Assembly: GCA_965263355.1 (NCBI GenBank)
Contig: CBDHHL010000048.1
Span: 1 to 64,000 of the forward strand
Length of the DNA stretch: 64,000 bases
Reading direction: 5' to 3'
Origin: Leptolyngbyaceae cyanobacterium
GTDB taxonomy: Bacteria > Cyanobacteriota > Cyanobacteriia > Phormidesmidales > Phormidesmidaceae
The position numbers were made by a program, and so were the translations under genes. The notes under the pieces were generated by a model. The model worked only from the letters and a program-made list of their open reading frames with translations, was not told where the DNA came from and made no database searches. Below, piece after piece: positions 58,947 through 64,000 of this stretch. Every line of letters begins with the position of its first letter. Within the stretch, counting starts at the first letter, position 1.

Positions 58947-60467
58947 TTAGCTATCGGAATGCATAGCTTGGAAACCCAACAACATTTGAGGCTTCAAATT
59001 ATCATTCAGCTCTTTTCGGAGAACTTTCTTACTATCCTGAGGGCTACCTACTGGTACAATGGTGCGTCCTATCAGGACCCACTCCTTAAGCAGTTTTCTC
59101 TGAGGTAAGGCAATATGTAAACGACGAAAGTTTACAAACTGATTGGGCGCTTCTTTAGAGAAAAATAAGGTTCGATACGCTCCTGTTTCTCCTAGCTGCC
59201 AAATCAGTTTTTGGTTACCTTTGTTTTTAAGATCAAGATAGCTTGACAACCATTTTGCACCATTGACCTTACTATAGAAAGCTGTCAGCCACAGCACCAT
59301 CGGATAAGGATTGCGAACACACAAAAAGTTGTTAGCACTGGTATTACCAATTCGTTGCTCAATTTCTTGAATTCTTAACATAGCCCACAATGTCGGCACT
59401 TGACGGTTGCTCATCGTCAACAGCTTAGGAAAAGTAATCTCAGCAATCGGAGTATCTTTTGGCCATACCTGTAATCGACAAAACCGATCTTCCTCAGAAT
59501 CACTAGGAGGTTCCGGTCTTGGAACAACCGGTAATTGCTGAAGCGTTCCCCTAATCTGTTTACCCAAATCAATCGAACGACCAAATCGATTCTCTAACGG
59601 TGCTAGATTCTCCAAAAGGTTGGTAACACTGCTGGGGCGTTGAGACCGCTCCTTGGACAAGCAACTGATGATCGTATCCTTAAGCAGCCTAGGCAACGCC
59701 CCATAGGGGGATAATCCATCTAAAGGAATAGGAGCTTGAGTACGATGGGCTTTATACCAACCGCCAAATGTATTATTGTTAGGACGTAAAGGCAAAGATC
59801 CGGTCAGCATTTGATACATCATGACACCCAAACTATAGATGTCAGAACGCCTATCAAGTTCTTGGCCCTCCATTTGCTCTGGCGACGCATAGGCCAATGT
59901 GCCCATAAAACTGCTAGTTTGTTCGCCGTTATCAGTTTGCATAAATTTAGCAATGCCAAAATCTAAAATCTTGACAAGCTCCCCAACACTAGCACTTTGG
60001 GTGACAAGAATATTGCTGGGTTTAATATCCCGATGAATAATCGGAACAACCTGACCATTTAGAATAATCCCCTTGTGTGCAGTCTCCAATCCCAAACAAA
60101 TTTGGCGAGTAAAGTCGAGAAATCGCGGAATTGGTAAAGGTGTTGGATGGATTACCTGACCGAGGTTTTTCCCCTTAAGATACTCCATGACATAAAAGGG
60201 AATCTCATCATCGGTCACTCCATAATCCGTAACTCTGACAACATGCATACTATTATTACCAAGCTGAGCGCAAGTCATGGCTTCACGCATAAACCGCTGG
60301 GTCATCTTCTTACTCAGCAAGGTTTGAGCCAGAAACTTGACTGCAACAGGAACACCTCCCAAGAGCATATCTTCAGCCAGATAGACCTTACCCATAGAAC
60401 CTTGACCGATGGATTCCATCAGTTCATAACGATTGGCAAGTCTACGACCAAAGTTATTATCTGTCAT
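58947..60467 (-). CDS. Hanks-type Ser/Thr protein kinase (SpkA-like), copy 1
   Basis: GQGSMG, AVK, HRDIKPSN, DFG, GTLAYASPE and SDIYSLG. Confidence 0.95.
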   Translation of the reverse strand: MTDNNFGRRLANRYELMESIGQGSMGKVYLAEDMLLGGVPVAVKFLAQTLLSKKMTQRFMREAMTCAQLGNNSMHVVRVTDYGVTDDEIPFYVMEYLKGKNLGQVIHPTPLPIPRFLDFTRQICLGLETAHKGIILNGQVVPIIHRDIKPSNILVTQSASVGELVKILDFGIAKFMQTDNGEQTSSFMGTLAYASPEQMEGQELDRRSDIYSLGVMMYQMLTGSLPLRPNNNTFGGWYKAHRTQAPIPLDGLSPYGALPRLLKDTIISCLSKERSQRPSSVTNLLENLAPLENRFGRSIDLGKQIRGTLQQLPVVPRPEPPSDSEEDRFCRLQVWPKDTPIAEITFPKLLTMSNRQVPTLWAMLRIQEIEQRIGNTSANNFLCVRNPYPMVLWLTAFYSKVNGAKWLSSYLDLKNKGNQKLIWQLGETGAYRTLFFSKEAPNQFVNFRRLHIALPQRKLLKEWVLIGRTIVPVGSPQDSKKVLRKELNDNLKPQMLLGFQAMHSDS

Positions 60468-60751
60468 CTAACGCTGCGGTGCTAAGCCAATAATACATAG
60501 CGTTGGTCCCATTGCTGAGGGCAGAGAAATTTATTAGTTCCCCCAGCGCCAAGAGTCATAAAATCGTTCAATTTTTAGTATCCAGATATTCACCATATCC
60601 ACTACTTGCTCAAAGGTCTAGCGCGTCAACGCTACATGTCTATCCTGTCAGAGCGAAGCATACTGTAACCTTCTTAAAATACCCGCGTTAATCTAGGGAA
60701 GCCCATGGTTAAATCTAGGCTTTCCTAACTAAATAGAAACCGTTCAAGCAA

Positions 60752-62197
60752 TCACCAAAGCATTTGAGGCTTTAGATTACTATTCAATTCTTTTCTCAAC
60801 ATATTTTTACTGTTTTGAGAACTGCCTACCGAAATGGTCGTACGAGCCCTTAAAACCCATTCCTTAAGCAGTTTTCGCTGAGGCGGCGCAATATGTAAAC
60901 GACGGGAGGCCACAAACTTGTTGGGGGTTTCTTTGGAAAAGAATAATATTCGATAATTACTATTTTCTCCTAAGTGCCAGATAATTTTTCCATGGTTAGG
61001 ATTTTTAAGATCCAGATAACTGGATAACCAGCGAGGGCCATGTACTTTACTATGCAATGCTGTCACCCATAAAATCATAGGATGGGGATTGAGAGTACAT
61101 AAAAAATTGTTATAGCCCGTATTACCAGCACGCTGTTCAATTTCTTGAGCAGAAAGCATTACCCAAAGTGTAGGCAACTGGCGCCCCCCCATAGTAAGGA
61201 GTTTAGGAAAAACAATCTCAGCAATCGGCTTATCCTGGGGCCATACTTGCTGTCGATAAAAGCGATCTTCCTTAGACTCCGGAGGGCTTTGAGGCGCTAT
61301 GGGAGGTCTTGGAACAAGTGGAATAACTCCCTCAAAATGAGCAAGTAGCTGACTTACATCGCTGGGACGTTGGGAACGATCTTTAGCCAAGCAACTCATC
61401 ACAGCATCTTTTAACCGCTTAGGCAGCTCACCATAGGGGGATAATCCATCTAACGGCGTGGGGTCTTGAGAACGATGGGCTTTATACCAGCTACCAAAGG
61501 TATTACTATTAGGACGTAAGGGCAAAGAACCGGTTAACATTTGATACATCATGACACCCAAACTGTAGATGTCAGAGCGATTATCTAGCTCTTGCCCTTC
61601 AATCTGCTCTGGTGAAGCATAGGCCAAGGTGCCTAAAAAACTACTGGTCTGATCGCTGATACCAGCCTGATTGAGTTTTGCAATGCCAAAATCTAAAATT
61701 TTGACAAGCTCTCCTACACTGGCACTTTGGGTCACGAGGATATTGCTGGGTTTAATGTCCCGATGAATAATAGGAATAACCTGATTATCGAGAATAATTC
61801 CCTTATGAGCTGTCTGTAAACCTAAACAGATTTGCCGAATAAAGTCGAGAAACCGTCTAACTGGCAAAGGGTGTGACTGAATTACCTGGCCGAGATTTTC
61901 TCCCTTGAGATACTCCATGACATAAAAGGGAATTTCGTCATCGGTTACCCCGTAGTCCGTAACTCTAACAACATGAATACTATTGTTTCCTAACTGAGCA
62001 CAGGTCATAGCCTCATGCATAAACCGCTGGGTCATTTGCTCATTTAGCAGAGCTTGAGCAAGAAACTTGACAGCAACAAGGACCCCTCCTAATAGCGTAT
62101 CTTTGGCCAAATAGACCTTTCCCATGGAACCTTGACCAATGGAGTCCATGATTTCATAGCGATTAGCAAGTCTAAGACCGAGGTTATTGTCTGTCAT
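60752..62197 (-). CDS. Hanks-type Ser/Thr protein kinase (SpkA-like), copy 2
   Basis: Same motifs as copy 1; closely similar tandem paralog. Confidence 0.95.
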   Translation of the reverse strand: MTDNNLGLRLANRYEIMDSIGQGSMGKVYLAKDTLLGGVLVAVKFLAQALLNEQMTQRFMHEAMTCAQLGNNSIHVVRVTDYGVTDDEIPFYVMEYLKGENLGQVIQSHPLPVRRFLDFIRQICLGLQTAHKGIILDNQVIPIIHRDIKPSNILVTQSASVGELVKILDFGIAKLNQAGISDQTSSFLGTLAYASPEQIEGQELDNRSDIYSLGVMMYQMLTGSLPLRPNSNTFGSWYKAHRSQDPTPLDGLSPYGELPKRLKDAVMSCLAKDRSQRPSDVSQLLAHFEGVIPLVPRPPIAPQSPPESKEDRFYRQQVWPQDKPIAEIVFPKLLTMGGRQLPTLWVMLSAQEIEQRAGNTGYNNFLCTLNPHPMILWVTALHSKVHGPRWLSSYLDLKNPNHGKIIWHLGENSNYRILFFSKETPNKFVASRRLHIAPPQRKLLKEWVLRARTTISVGSSQNSKNMLRKELNSNLKPQMLW

Positions 62198-62463
62198 TTA
62201 ACGCTACAGTTCTAAACCAACAATATAGCCAGTGGCTATCATTGGGAGGTTGATAGCAAATAAGAATATCAATCAAGCTAATTAGACTTTCGTCCTCATC
62301 TCAATCCTAGAAAAAAGCAACAGGTTACTAGCTGCGATCCTTGAAAATATGGTGACATTGTTAACCTATATACATAAATACTTCCCTATGCATAATTGGC
62401 CAGGGTGAAATGACAGTTACTTATGAAATAGCCTAAATATTTTAGTGAAATAAGCTAAGTATT

Positions 62464-62910
62464 TTAGCCATGATGGCGCTCGACAACGGCTTCCATAGTA
62501 CTGGTCAGATGATGACCAGCCATAATACCGCCAGAGAAATGATATCGATTTGGGCTCAGGCGATAGAGAGTTTCAAACCCGGTACGCATATGTCTATCCT
62601 TCAGTGCCCAATATTGTTGAACAATTGAATCGGGTGCAATCCACCCCTCACCTTCTACTCGTCCAAGCACACTATGTTGGAGCACGAAAGTATATTGGCG
62701 ATCACCCTTGACAATACGCCCTTTGTACTGAAGGGCAATGTCATCCTTTTCTCCATTAGGGAAAATGAGCTTGGTAACCATAGTGAACCAGTCATTACTA
62801 TTCCAGGCAACTAAGGTTTTGCCTTTAACGGTCACAGGGAGTAAATCCCTAGCTAACCAACTACCTTGAAGGATCCAGCGTCCTGGCTCAATCAAAAAAC
62901 TGTGGCTCAC
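62464..62910 (-). CDS. Conserved hypothetical protein
   Basis: 148-aa beta-rich ORF (HSFLIEPGRW...LGRVEGEGWI...GFE). Confidence 0.7.
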   Translation of the reverse strand: MSHSFLIEPGRWILQGSWLARDLLPVTVKGKTLVAWNSNDWFTMVTKLIFPNGEKDDIALQYKGRIVKGDRQYTFVLQHSVLGRVEGEGWIAPDSIVQQYWALKDRHMRTGFETLYRLSPNRYHFSGGIMAGHHLTSTMEAVVERHHG

Positions 62911-63120
62911 GTGTTCTCCCTAATGATTTCATGACAATTCATATATGGAACTATCAAGCATTTATGAATAGTAGATTTGGGGCGTTTAACTTTGCAAAGA
63001 CAAGCGCTTGCCTATGGTCTAGGCCTTATAAAGGTATGCCCAATAGCATGGATTAATAACTTTGACCATTGGTATCGTTACCCCTTACATCTTTGTATTA
63101 CCTAAAGCTTTTGTTGATTG

Positions 63121-64000
63121 TTAACGGCTACTGTCCACTGCATAGATATGCCCTAGCAAACAGGGCTTACAAGCCCCAGTAACTGCAGGGAAATTACCGG
63201 GGTGTTGATGCCAACGCCAATATCCCAAGATGGCAAAAGCAATCGCTTCTTTGAAGCTGCTATCAAGGCCTGCATCATCAGTGGTCAGTAGGGCGACACG
63301 GGGCAATCTGGCTTGAATTTGAGATCGCAAATACCCGTTTTGACTACCACCACCACAAAGCAAGACTTGATCAGGTAACTGTGGCAGCTGCCGATAACTT
63401 GCAGCCATGGTAGCGGCCGTGAACGCGGTCAAGGTTGCCAAAAAGTCAGTCTGACTCAGGTTAAGCGCTTGCGCCTCTTGCCAACAACGCTGACTGTAGT
63501 CAGCACCAAATAGTTCCCGGCCAGTAGACTTAGGTGGTAGCTGCCGAAAAAATGGTTGGGCTAACCACTGGTCTATTAGCTCTTGACATGGAATACCTTG
63601 AGCTGCCCAACTACCATTTTCATCATAGGTCAGCTTGCCGTCACTAAATACGGACACCGCCCAATCAATTAAAGCATTTCCAGGCCCTGTATCCCAGCCA
63701 ACGATCCCTGACGGTGGAGCCTCTGTCCTATCCCAAGGGGGCAAATACGTAAGATTGCCAATGCCACCAATATTTTGTACGCAACGGTGGTAGTGAGGAT
63801 GGCTAAGGAGGCTCATATCCACTGGCGACACCAAAGGTGCTCCTTGCCCCCCAGCGGCAATATCGGCATGGCGAAAATTACTGATGGTCACAGTTTGGGT
63901 AAGTTTGGCAATCAGATCGCCTCGCCCCAATTGCCAGCTATAGCCTAAATGGTTTGTTGTTGGGGGACGATGATAGATTGTCTGTCCATGGGAGGCGATC
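63121..64000 (-). CDS. anmK: Anhydro-N-acetylmuramic acid kinase (N-terminus beyond window)
   Basis: Frame is open to the window end (SHGQTIYH), then GGQGAPL, NIGGIGN, DTGPGN, KSTGRELF and KEAIAFA. Confidence 0.93.
   Translation of the reverse strand, partial: IASHGQTIYHRPPTTNHLGYSWQLGRGDLIAKLTQTVTISNFRHADIAAGGQGAPLVSPVDMSLLSHPHYHRCVQNIGGIGNLTYLPPWDRTEAPPSGIVGWDTGPGNALIDWAVSVFSDGKLTYDENGSWAAQGIPCQELIDQWLAQPFFRQLPPKSTGRELFGADYSQRCWQEAQALNLSQTDFLATLTAFTAATMAASYRQLPQLPDQVLLCGGGSQNGYLRSQIQARLPRVALLTTDDAGLDSSFKEAIAFAILGYWRWHQHPGNFPAVTGACKPCLLGHIYAVDSSR

Noticed and set aside
3405..61348. Numerous 60-120-aa ORFs nested in or antisense to long genes
   Set aside because: They overlap well-supported CDSs and show no recognisable motifs.

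Overview
A 64-kb, mostly core-chromosome segment from a cyanobacterium. Evidence: psbZ, two PatA-type regulators, cyanobacterial LexA boxes and about 19 HIP1 octamers (GCGATCGC). A filamentous Leptolyngbyaceae-like host is my inference only. Housekeeping genes include aspA, lnt, cysH, ppx, tsaE, uxs-ugd, thyX, sigA/rpoD, lexA, msrA, pheS, surE, ribH, psbZ, a tRNA nucleotidyltransferase, anmK and tRNA-Gly(GCC). Accessory elements are one decayed IS, two MITE-like elements, several REP-like palindromes and a tandem Ser/Thr kinase duplication. Best leads: (1) an ammonium transporter directly upstream of a PatA-CheY-CheW-MCP-CheA-CheW cluster whose MCP has a Cache-like sensor and a GAF lacking the bilin-binding Cys-His, suggesting a nitrogen-linked taxis system; (2) a G/T-to-A/C compositional switch centred on HIP1 sites and REP-like hairpins, regardless of gene strand; (3) a REP-like palindrome inserted in frame in an RnfD-like membrane protein; (4) an unannotated ~135-nt rod-like structured RNA candidate beside an anti-sigma antagonist gene; (5) a LexA-like box ahead of the uxs-ugd operon. 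No CRISPR array, rRNA or prophage was seen. All family calls come from motif recognition by eye, not database searches.
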